Assembly (NCBI GenBank): GCA_024704765.1 | Contig: JAKMXF010000311.1 | Span: 358,426-422,425 of the forward strand | Origin: Oopsacas minuta | Taxonomy: Eukaryota > Animalia > Porifera | Direction: 5' to 3' | Length of the DNA stretch: 64,000 nucleotides | Shown: piece by piece, positions 47,401 to 57,900 of the stretch | Layout: every line of letters starts with the position of its first letter | Numbering within the stretch: the stretch's first letter is position 1 | Program-made: the position numbers and the translations under genes | Notes under the pieces: model-generated | Database searches by the model: none | What the model saw: the letters and a program-made list of their open reading frames with translations, nothing else | What the model was told of the DNA's origin: nothing

Positions 47401-47809
47401 GCCTGAGTATACAGGGAGATGAGGTGATGGGGGAGTTATGTTGGTAGAACGATGGTGATTTTCATCCTGGAACATTTCTGGTTTAGTATCAACACAGATC
47501 TAAAGATAGCATTACGTAAATTGGAAATTGTTCAATTTATAGTACAGTGTATGCAGATTATAAGAACACCGGAAATAAGCACTCTAGGAAACCGGTCTTG
47601 ATATATTCCTGTATATTTTATGCCGGTTGTAAGAACATGTGTTGCTACTCCGAAGGTTGTACTCATAAACGACAAACGGCATCCTGTATATTATTGATGA
47701 ATATTATTCATAGGAAAGTTACCTTTTCGTCTTCGTTGTAGTCGGGGAGGATTGTGAGAGGATGAGGAGAAGAAGATTCTATTTCCTGAGATTCAGATGC
47801 CAATTCCAT
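42636..47809 (-). CDS. Predicted IRF-proline racemase(L3HYPDH-like) fusion protein, 9 exons, 874 aa
   Basis: Exons 47809-47723, 47499-47271, 46532-46304, 45862-45568, 45351-45025, 44879-44489, 44412-44101, 43556-43063, 42896-42636 total 2625 nt with no internal stop; all introns are GT-AG and phase-matched. Confidence 0.7.
45790..46532 (-). CDS. IRF: IRF DNA-binding domain (split by intron 46303-45863)
   Basis: RLKKWLVEQINSGKYEGLKW...FSVPWKHA...DAALYKEWA..SGKH...NPINWKLNFRCAL: all five IRF tryptophans are present; IRF4/8-like in style. Confidence 0.95.
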
Positions 47810-48993
47810 TGCAAACTAAATATTTACAAAACATTAATTCTAAAATTATAGAATTTCATAATAAGCAACTAGTTAATTGCAAATTCAAGCATTTATACAA
47901 ATAGAACAGTGAAATTGAAAGTAAAATAATATGAAAATAGGCTATATGTGTATTTCAGTGAATAACATTGCTATATTATTGTTACTAAGATGAGATCGTA
48001 AAAATAGAAAACTCACTTTATCCACATTTGCAAAGAAATTCCACTAATAATTGCCAGAGATTTGTGTTTCAGTTAGAAGAACCAATCGAATTGAAAGTAA
48101 TTGAAAGCCATTTTTCCAATTTCAGGTGGTTTTATACTCTTCAATCTCTACTACAACTCTCTGTACAATAGGAATGTTCAACTTTAGGCTCAACAACTGT
48201 TGCATATTTCTATATTATTTTCTATTGAATCTCTCTATTGATATGTGTTCTATGCTTGTTACACGTAGAAGAATTTCATAATAGCAGTTATATAACCAAA
48301 TCCATGACATTAAGTAAAGGAAGAAACCATTTTAAGTTGTCCTGAGTGAAGCAACAAAGGAGTGAAATCGAAATTCGCTTAGTTTAGCCATACCAATGAA
48401 GCCGGCGAGTTTATTTTGTGGGATTCTGCTATTCAGAAATTTCAAGATTTCTACAAAGTGTAATAATATCTGAGAAAAGCTTTGCTCTGCTTTCAAGTAT
48501 TTCTAAGATAATTATGAATCAATCAAATGCGAAGAATTCAGGATACTTGAACCTGGAAACTCATCAAGTGGAAATTGATTGTTCTCTGGAAACGGCTTCG
48601 AAAGTTGTCAACCTTGGACTGGAATGCATCTTATACTTTGATTCTCTTTCGTTTCCGAGTCTTGAGTTGCACAAAGAGGCAATAAATTGACCATATCGTA
48701 ACTCTAATGTTATTATCAACAAATTATAAACAAGATCCTACTGCTTAGTTATTAGATTCCAAACATTATAAGTGTAATTCCAATTATTGCAACCTTGAAT
48801 ATGTCATACAAGTAAATATTCAATTCCCATTATTTATAATGTTAGATTTAGATAATTATCACTCACACATTATTTACATAAAGCAAACCAAATATAAACT
48901 AGAAAACAAGAATAGATAGTCCTGAGTATCCTCAAAATTGTAAAAATATAATAAAATATGTATAATTACTCAGTGAACTTACCTATGGTAGAT

Positions 48994-51900
48994 CTAGGTA
49001 GTCGAATCAGATTGGGCTTTTACCACTGTTTCCTGATCTTTAGGGAGATTGCTAGCTTCAGAACTTTGTTCTTTATCGTTACTTGGCGGTTTCTGATTCA
49101 TTTCTGTAGTTTCTAAGGAAGTTCTTTTCGGTTTAGCTGGAGCTGTTGGCTTGGCCTTTACGGGCGGGGATTTATTACCTTCAATACTACTGGATAATTC
49201 CTTAGAATCTAATTGGTTAGTGACGTCATCATCTGCGTTAGCTTTTTCCTTTTTCGGCACTTCTTCAGCAACTTTCTCCTTCACTTCTTTAGCATCTGCA
49301 GAAACTGTGGTTGATTTTAACACTGGTTTATTTGCAGTAGGTTTAGGTCTGGTTGCAACCTGAGGCTTTGGTAAGATTGGTTTCTTAGAAACTGAGGGAG
49401 ATTTCCTAATATCATCTTGCCCTAAAAGCGCTGGAGTAATGGCACCAACAGATGTTTTTCTAGTCGGCTTTTCTTCTATAGGTTCCGGAGTTTTTTTTTG
49501 TGTTTTAGGAGAGGGCATAGTAGTTCTCCTCACTGCTATTGGTGGGGATAAGGTAGGGTTAGCAGTAGTAATATGCTCGCTTGTAATTATATTTTCTTCT
49601 GTATTATCGCTACTGGTTAGTTCTCCACTTGGGATAGGTGAGATTGTATCCTCCACTTTTTCTACTTTTGATTGCGCTGGTTTTTCAGTTATTTCTTTGC
49701 TCTCATCTCTATCAACAATTCCTGAACCGGAAATACTGTCATGTTTTGTAACAGTTCCTATATCTTCTAATTTGTCTTCAATTTCTGGTGCCGTTTCATT
49801 TGTTTCGGATTCTTTCGTTACAGGAGTTTCCTCTACCTTAGATTCTGGTAATAAGGTTGCTTCCTCCAACTTAGATTCAGTCAATTCAGTAGTCTGAATA
49901 GGTTTTTCGGGTTCTGGATTTGGAGATTTAGGCACTTCGTGTTTCTCTGGCGTGACATTGCTTTCTTCTATTTTGGCGGCTGGGGATTCCGAAATATCTT
50001 CTGTTTTGGTTCCTCGAGATACGGAGGTATCTTTTGTTTTCGCGCTTGGAGTTACAGGAGTATCTTCTGCTTTGGCGCTTGGAGTGACAGGAGTATCTTG
50101 TGCTTTGGCGCTTGGAGTGACAGGAGTATCTTGTGCTTTGGCGCTTGGAGTTGCAGGAGTATCTTCTGCTTTGGCGCTTGGAGTTGCAGGAGTATCTTCT
50201 GCTTTGGCGCTTGGAGTTGCAGGAGTATCTTCTGCTTTGGCGCTTGGAGTTTCAGGAGTATCTTCTGCTTTGGCGCTTGGAGTTAGGGCCGTATCTTCTG
50301 TTTTGGCGCTTGGAGTTACAGGAGTATCTTCTGCTTTAGCGCCTGGAGGAATACCCTCCAAGTTTGAACCAAATGATACAGTGTCTTCTTCCAAATTAGG
50401 AACAGGGGATTTAGGAGTATCTTTTAACTTTGAAGTTCCATCTTGAGTAGAGTCCAGAATTGTATCCAATTTATGTTTTGCAGCAACAGGAGGTTCATTG
50501 ATCTCTTCAGCAGGTTTTATAGCCTTGTTATCTGGTCTCTGCTTTGGTTTAGGCTTAGATGGAATTGGTTGAGAATCAGTTTTCCTTACAGTTTGACTTG
50601 AGACCGTTTTTTCCGGCAAATCTTCATCCATTATCGATTCTTGGAAAATGTTTTCGGAGGATTTTGTTGCTGCGAGCTTTGCTTTACCCAATCCACCCTG
50701 TAGTACAGAGGCTAAGCCCGGGCCCATACCAATCGGTACTTTCATTGCCTTCCGTGGAGAAGTTGGAGGAGCAACTTTTTTCTCTTCTGTGCCTTCAGGC
50801 TGCTTAGCTGACGAAGCTTGATCTGTCATTTCTAACTTTAATTGAGATCTATCTTTTACAACAGGTTCATCCTCAGCTTCTGGAACATTCTCGAATCCTG
50901 GAGCAGATGCATTACTTATCTCAGTGAATAAATCTATTTCTTCTTTTGCTATGTCTGGAGCAGTACGTTCTTTCCTACGTGGTGGCCGTCTTGGGGGACC
51001 TCTTGGTTTGGATTTATGCATATCTAAATCTGGCGCTTGTGCTGCTACTTTCGAAAGATCATCGAATGTTGTAATATCAGGTAATGAATCAGTCTCAACT
51101 TTCTTTAGAGAAGAACTTGAATCGTTTCGCTTTGCAGGCTTTGATTTCTTGTCTTTATCTTCTTTCTCTTTCTTACCTTTGAGAGAATTGATGAATTTTG
51201 GTTTTCCAAATCGTTTCCCATGTTTGGTGGCAGTTTCTTGGGTGGAATCAGCTGTTGCCCCCTCGCAAACATTTTGTATGTCTGACACATCACATGGTGC
51301 TGTAGTCTCAATTATTTTAGGAATTGGATCTGCAGAGATTTCTGAAGGTTGTGAATCGCTCTCTAAGTCATCTAAATCCTCTGATTTTGTGTCAATATTA
51401 AATTCTGGATTGAAAGTTGAATAGCTAACACGATGGCGTTTCATACTTACACTAAATGCTAGTTTAAGTCTGCTGGTTGTTCCTGACAGATTCCTGTCTG
51501 GACTTTTAGGGAATTCTGTAGTTTCTAAGTTAGAAACTTGCTGACACATTACGTCAATTTCTTTCACAACCAACTCGCATGTTTGCAAAATCAGTATTTC
51601 AACCATTTTCAAATTTCTTGCATTTACACTTGATGATAATCCACTAAGAAATACTGACAGAGTATCTTCAGTAAATATGTTCTGATTGTCTGAAGCTGGA
51701 AGGTTTTCCTTTAGTTCTTCGATCTTTTCCTTACTAATCACATCACCCAATGAATATTCCAACTTTTCTAACATATCAGCTATTATCTTGTCTCTATAAG
51801 TAAGGATTTGAGGTGATAAAGCTGTCTTTGATTGCTCATTTATTAGTTCTGAGAGGCGAAATGAAATTTCTTTTTCAAGTTTGTTTGAGTAGAAGTCCTC

Positions 51901-54138
51901 ACAAAGTGTAGTTACCAAACTAGCTTTGGCCTTTAAGTTATTTGCTTTTGAGATTATTTCTCTCCTTGATTCTGTTATATTTGAAATGTCGAAAAGATTG
52001 ATTTCTTCTTCTAATTCTACTATTTTCTTATCTAAAATAAGTTGTTGTTCTGCAATTAATAAATCTATTCGTTTCCGAATTCCCCCCAGAACTTGTTCAC
52101 GTTTTAAAGGTGATTGATTTCTTGTTAAGAGCCTGGAAATATTCGAGAGAGCAACCTCAACCTCCCGATCATTCTCCTTCTTTAACTTAACAATATCTCT
52201 AAAATGAATAGCCATTTCTTGGATAGTAAAATTGTTTTCTAGAGCAGCAGCTATTATATTCAAAGAACTGATGTTCGTTAAATTGTCATCAAATTCAATA
52301 GCTTCTAAAACGCAATTATTATTGATAAGTTTCGCAAGTTGTCTGAAGGAAGAAGGTCCCATTAGATTTCCAGATATTTCCAGCCTCTTCATATTGGTAT
52401 TCCTTATCAAACCACATAGAACATATGATATGTTATCGCCGAGTTTGCAATCATTCAGTTTTAGAGTTTCCAATTTACACTTTTTACTAGAATTTGATTC
52501 CTCAAGAACTTTAGCTGCTGCAGATTTATGCTTACGAATATTCCCTGAAATATCTAAATGTTTGATAGAAGTGTTTTTCAATAAAGTACCAATCACATCT
52601 TCAAAATCTGAATCCAAAGATGTGTAGCTTAGGTCCATAGAGTCGATACAAGTAATTTCTGATAGAATTGCCGCTATTTCCTTCAGTCCGCAATTCAAAT
52701 CATTTTGCGATAGATTCATTTGCAAAGAGAATATAGAAGTATTCTCCTTTAGACCTGCAAGTATTTGTAAAATAAGATCTGCAGATAGTTTACAGTTCGA
52801 AAGATTAACTTGCTTTAATCCGATCGCTGTTTGGAAGAATTGTTGCATTGCAGTGGATTTTGTTTGTACCTTTCCAATAGCAGGTTTACTGTTACCGGAA
52901 ATGTTGAGACAGGTTAAATGCATTGTACAACCACGTTGTAGTGCAGCGAATAACTGTTCGAATGGCATGTTAGTTGAGGCTAATGATAGTTCTTGGATTC
53001 TGTTATTTCCAGCTAGAAATGCTAAGAAAGCTTGCAAATCAGATGAAGAACTTGAAAAATGATTATTTGAGAGATCCAAAACTGTTAAAGTATTAGAGAT
53101 TTCTGAGTGTTTTATGAAATGCTTTGAAAAGTTTGCAAATGATTTGGATGAAACTCCTACTCCGCTAAGCTTTAATTCCCTCAAACCTAATGGGAAATGC
53201 TGGACAGATGAAGCGAGACTCTCAACGCCTTTCTCTTCAATAATCGTATCTGTCAGATCAACCTTTTCTAACACACAATTCTGATTAGTACCAAATCCTT
53301 GTGCAAACATCTTTTGCGCAATTTTATGATTCAATCCTGCGATTCCTCTCAAACTAAGAAAATGCAGGCTGCACGAATGTTTTGAAATATGAATTAATGC
53401 ATCGAAAGATTCTGAACACAATTTGATACCGTCAGCGCTGATACCTTCGAATCTTGGACAGAACTCCAGCATGCGTATCAGAGGAACAAAATCTCTTGTA
53501 GGGAAGTGGTCGAAATGGTTCAATGACAGAGTTCTAATACTGTGTGTTTGATATGTGTTTTCTAAATCCCATGCTATTTCGTCATGGAATGAAATGTCAA
53601 AGAAATCGCAGAGTAGAGCATAGACTTCAGAAACTGAACCGCCCTGCCAACCCTGAGAAACTCTGGCTACATTTTCATCTACAATTTCGTCCAATTTATC
53701 TTGCCTGCCTTCACCAGTAATCTTTACCTTGAGCCTTCTTTGCAGTGCAGCTTTACCAAGCGTTGAATGAAGTGGGGATAATATTGCAGCCAAAAGTTCT
53801 ACAAAAGATTCACTCTGTACTTCAAATTTTAATTGTTTGGCTTTGTCAGAATATGGATCGATATTATAGGCAAGAGTAAGTTTGTCATTTGTCGAGCTAG
53901 TTAGCTCACAAATTGCTAGCAAACTAATCGAGAGATCCAATTTGGGAGGTTTTCCTTGAATGTTTAGAATGTAGAGACGTTTACTGGATACACAAATTTT
54001 CTTTTTCTCTTTGGCATTTTTCTTTTCTCCTTCTCCAATTACTTCTTGCGTATAGAATATTCCTCTTTCCTTTGATCCCAATAATTTGAGTTCTGTGGAA
54101 GATACCAACTCGCTGAAATTGTAATCGGTTGAGGCCAT
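48994..54138 (-). CDS. CARMIL: CARMIL (LRRC16) capping-protein regulator, single exon, 1714 aa
   Basis: N-terminal PH-like domain, EIAWDLENTY linker, RI-like LRR array, LLTRNQSP, helical dimerisation domain, CPI-like LDMHKSKPRGPPRRPP, and Pro-rich tail with KPxxP motifs. Confidence 0.9.
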   Translation of the reverse strand: MASTDYNFSELVSSTELKLLGSKERGIFYTQEVIGEGEKKNAKEKKKICVSSKRLYILNIQGKPPKLDLSISLLAICELTSSTNDKLTLAYNIDPYSDKAKQLKFEVQSESFVELLAAILSPLHSTLGKAALQRRLKVKITGEGRQDKLDEIVDENVARVSQGWQGGSVSEVYALLCDFFDISFHDEIAWDLENTYQTHSIRTLSLNHFDHFPTRDFVPLIRMLEFCPRFEGISADGIKLCSESFDALIHISKHSCSLHFLSLRGIAGLNHKIAQKMFAQGFGTNQNCVLEKVDLTDTIIEEKGVESLASSVQHFPLGLRELKLSGVGVSSKSFANFSKHFIKHSEISNTLTVLDLSNNHFSSSSSDLQAFLAFLAGNNRIQELSLASTNMPFEQLFAALQRGCTMHLTCLNISGNSKPAIGKVQTKSTAMQQFFQTAIGLKQVNLSNCKLSADLILQILAGLKENTSIFSLQMNLSQNDLNCGLKEIAAILSEITCIDSMDLSYTSLDSDFEDVIGTLLKNTSIKHLDISGNIRKHKSAAAKVLEESNSSKKCKLETLKLNDCKLGDNISYVLCGLIRNTNMKRLEISGNLMGPSSFRQLAKLINNNCVLEAIEFDDNLTNISSLNIIAAALENNFTIQEMAIHFRDIVKLKKENDREVEVALSNISRLLTRNQSPLKREQVLGGIRKRIDLLIAEQQLILDKKIVELEEEINLFDISNITESRREIISKANNLKAKASLVTTLCEDFYSNKLEKEISFRLSELINEQSKTALSPQILTYRDKIIADMLEKLEYSLGDVISKEKIEELKENLPASDNQNIFTEDTLSVFLSGLSSSVNARNLKMVEILILQTCELVVKEIDVMCQQVSNLETTEFPKSPDRNLSGTTSRLKLAFSVSMKRHRVSYSTFNPEFNIDTKSEDLDDLESDSQPSEISADPIPKIIETTAPCDVSDIQNVCEGATADSTQETATKHGKRFGKPKFINSLKGKKEKEDKDKKSKPAKRNDSSSSLKKVETDSLPDITTFDDLSKVAAQAPDLDMHKSKPRGPPRRPPRRKERTAPDIAKEEIDLFTEISNASAPGFENVPEAEDEPVVKDRSQLKLEMTDQASSAKQPEGTEEKKVAPPTSPRKAMKVPIGMGPGLASVLQGGLGKAKLAATKSSENIFQESIMDEDLPEKTVSSQTVRKTDSQPIPSKPKPKQRPDNKAIKPAEEINEPPVAAKHKLDTILDSTQDGTSKLKDTPKSPVPNLEEDTVSFGSNLEGIPPGAKAEDTPVTPSAKTEDTALTPSAKAEDTPETPSAKAEDTPATPSAKAEDTPATPSAKAEDTPATPSAKAQDTPVTPSAKAQDTPVTPSAKAEDTPVTPSAKTKDTSVSRGTKTEDISESPAAKIEESNVTPEKHEVPKSPNPEPEKPIQTTELTESKLEEATLLPESKVEETPVTKESETNETAPEIEDKLEDIGTVTKHDSISGSGIVDRDESKEITEKPAQSKVEKVEDTISPIPSGELTSSDNTEENIITSEHITTANPTLSPPIAVRRTTMPSPKTQKKTPEPIEEKPTRKTSVGAITPALLGQDDIRKSPSVSKKPILPKPQVATRPKPTANKPVLKSTTVSADAKEVKEKVAEEVPKKEKANADDDVTNQLDSKELSSSIEGNKSPPVKAKPTAPAKPKRTSLETTEMNQKPPSNDKEQSSEASNLPKDQETVVKAQSDSTT
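50010..50345 (-). repeat. 33-bp coding tandem repeat (TPSAKAEDTPA/V, about 9 copies) in the CARMIL tail
   Basis: ggcgcttggagttgcaggagtatcttctgcttt units are visible. Confidence 0.95.
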
Positions 54139-54539
54139 GATCGCTATTGTCTATTTTCTATGTAAATCCCCTTTAAATGTATAAGCATACAGATATGAAG
54201 ACTAATGCAGATACTAATCTTATTAGATATTGAATATCCTTTGTGGTAAGGGATACCCCTATACACAACAAATATATCTCGATAGTCAGGTTACAAATTC
54301 AATAATTAAAACCATTTATATGTCAAAATTATACATTCGTATCTGACGCTATGATTAAAATTAGAAGTACGTGCATGAACAATTGTTTATCCTACTTTCT
54401 CACTGATTGTGAATTCACTTATTATTCGAACTTTAGTATAGCAAATTGACTAATGATTGAGTTACCTAACTTTTTAGCATCAAAATGGTGGAGTCAAATA
54501 CCCTCCCGATATAACTAAGTTATTCTTTACCCCTTATAG

Positions 54540-54609
54540 CAGCGCTTCCCATCTTGAGGTCTATGTACTCATTGGTGGTCCACGGACGACAGGCCTTTGG
54601 GAAACGCTG
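54540..54609. mobile_element. 70-bp hAT/Charlie-like MITE in the CARMIL-BLTP2 divergent intergenic region
   Basis: cagcgcttccca ... tgggaaacgctg, 11/12 TIR match. Confidence 0.6.
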
Positions 54610-54938
54610 CCCTAAAACTTGAAAGTAATTGATTTTGCTCCGATCTCTAACATTCCGGCCACTTTGTTATAAAGCTATTACACTATGTAGTTTAATTTTA
54701 TCAATCTTAATCTAACTATGACTCAGATCTAACTAATGTAATTCAATCTTTATCCAAGAAAGTTTTCTTAAACCTATTCATTGCTCAATTCTATTGTGCC
54801 AGCACACAAAGGATAAATACATCTGAATTGTCACTAAAGAGGCCATTACAAACGCGGGATTATTGGTAATGTACAATTTTACCATATTTGCATATAATTA
54901 GCTATTACGTAGGCCAAACAGCTGATTTATGAACTGAG

Positions 54939-57900
54939 ATGACATCCAACTCGTTAGAAACAGACTATGTGACTCTAGTCCTATACTTTGTGTATCTGTG
55001 GTTCGGTCTACTCACGTTATTCATATTCAGTTCCTGTATCATAAAATCTTTCTATTCATTCGTTATATTTATTTCACAATACTGGCTGAGATGCTCAATC
55101 ACTACAGAAGGTTTAGGACTTATTTCTGTGGACAGAGTAGAGATATTTCTGTGGGATACAAAGACTTATATTATGATTGAAGAAATTGGATTATCTTTCT
55201 TAGATCCGTTTACAAGTTCTTTATTGAGGATTACAGTAGGGAAGACAAGAGTTGAATATATTCACTCTGTCCCGCCCAGCTCACAGGAAATGATTAGGTA
55301 AGTATATAGTATATACAGCTGGTTGTAAGAACATATAACGAGCATAAAGTATATGTGTATGGTGCTTATGGCCTGTGTTCTTATAACCGGCATTGAGTAA
55401 CTAAACAATTTGTCTACTCAAAATCTCAAATTTCTGACGTATATTTTCATATCTAATAATTTTCATTGAGCCATTGATGTTATTGTTTATGACTTTTGCC
55501 TAATCCGTCTTACACATCTATTTATTTATTTATTTATTTACTTATTTATTCATTTAGATGGTACCACAAACTAATTCCCAGATTTTTTACCAAAAACAAA
55601 CAGAATAAAAAGCCTAGACAGAGAGGGTTTATATATAAAGTATTTATAAAGATAATCAGATATTTATTATCTTTCGTACAAATTGAGTTTTGTATTTTTG
55701 AATTTCTAACCTCTCACGAATTACAAACAGACCTCTTTGCTCTACTAACTGCTGCCAGTACTGTAATATCAATATATCCATTCTCTAATGACAAATACTC
55801 GCTAGACCTTACATTACAAGTTAGAGAAATTAAAGCTTCTTTTGAAATGAGAAATGATCCGACAACTTCAGATTTACCCTCCCTACTTTCTCTTAGAACT
55901 CCGATCCTAGCTAAACTCTGTTATAATGCTTTATTCCCGACTCAACCTGTAACACATCTAGAATTATCTGTTAATAATTCTCACGTTTCTTTCCTTCAAA
56001 AAGCTCCTGAAATATTTACTGGATTTATAAAGCTCTTTTTTGTCAAACGACCTCTAACAAATAATAACTCTGACAACCAATCGATTGAAGCTATTCTGTC
56101 CAATTTATTTTCAAATAATAATCCATGGTACTTCCCTTCATCTCTGTCTCTGCTCTGTACTAACTGTTCTGTATCTTACCTTACTTTCAGTGGACAATCT
56201 CTACGCTGTATTATAAAGCAATGTCTGTTAGAACTAAAATCAGAAGAAGACTGTATTAGGAATATAAGCAGTAGTATACAGTATAGAGGGGATAGGAGGG
56301 GGACAGGAGCTGGAGTACTATGCAAAGTTACTGGTGCTAAGCTAGAGACTACTTCTATGGAGCACGTCATGTCTCTGGGAGATTTGTTATGTGATATTGA
56401 GATTAACAGACATATTCTTAACAAGAAAACAGCGAATACTTCTGATTCTATTAAAAATATCGCTAAGAATAAATTCAAGAAAATGACGAATATTTTATGG
56501 AGATTTATGCGAGATAAAAAATCTAAACCAGATTCAAATAATTCTAAGTTATATAACTTGTCAATAACGATTGATTTCAAGTCTCTATACCTCAAAATTG
56601 ATCCTGTAATATTAGCAAACTTTATCAGTTATGAGATTTCTACATTAAAAATAGATTCTCAATCAAATAATAGATTTACTAATCTCTTTACAAGTGATAA
56701 GACATTTGCTTCCAGACAGATTTCTATTTCCTCAGAAGATGTAGTTATAGATCTCTACCATACAGAACCTCTGATACGATCTAAGGAGCCTTTATTCAAA
56801 CTCGTATATGCTAACTCTGTATTCTCAGTTATTCTATCGAGTGAATGTTTACCAATTATTATATTCACATCTCAAGACTTGTACATACATACTCCTGGTG
56901 TATCATTCAATCCAGACAAAACTAATGAACCAACCCAGCTCTGCTCTAAGCCAGATAACCTCAGTATACTACCAGGAACTGGGAGTCATCTCTGGGGACG
57001 ATTCTTTGAATGTGCTAAACTGAATTTCAAATCGGAAATACCTTTTGTTAGAAACTCACAAAATCCAATTTCTATTTCGGTTATTGGTTCTCTCATAAAC
57101 TTAGAATTCTCAAGAGATACTTTATTCGCTATAGAATGGTTATTATCACCATTTCTACCTGTCATTACCACTGATAATACAAATACAGACAATACTCTAT
57201 CAGTTACTTGTCCTGAATTTTCTATTAATTGTTCTATGCAAAACTTAAACATATTCATATATGACGATAATCCAAACGCTCCTTCTCTTCTATTCCATTC
57301 TGGGTTTACATGCTGTGAGTCATCTACAGACTCTGTATTACTATCTGCTTCAGAGATAGGAGTATTGCCTATACAGGTTGATGAGGAAAGATTTGCTGTT
57401 AGCACATTAGCTAATCTACCTCAGGGTCTGCTTGAGAATGATTTACTTACTGCTGCTATATCCTGGAAAGATACTCCGTATACTCTGGAATTAGGAAGCG
57501 AGGTAGCGTCTCTATACTGGTCACCGACTAAGCATTGTCATTTCGCTGAGAATATTAGAGCTCTATCTTTACAGTTAAGAGAAGCTAAACGTTTCTTGTC
57601 GAATCGATTAAGCTTTTTGAAAGAAAGTTCTACAAGTATTATTTCTTTCGATAATCAACCCAAACTAGAGAAGGAAGGGTTTGAATACAGAAGTTTTGTT
57701 GGACAAATTCGATCTATTTTTGACATTTCTTGTGGTTGCAAACAGTTTGATTTAACTATCAGACCGGATTTTAATACCAGAGTTGTGTTAAATTTCAAGG
57801 AAAATTATGGTTGTTTGAAATCTGGTCAATTATCATTTTCAAGTCGGAATTTAAAGATCTCATTCGACAAACAAGAAATTATTAGTTTCGATCAAATATT

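Noticed and set aside
48380-48700. ORF 48418-48690(+) and a stop-interrupted minus-strand reading
   Set aside because: No recognisable homology; could be a decayed fragment but cannot be supported.
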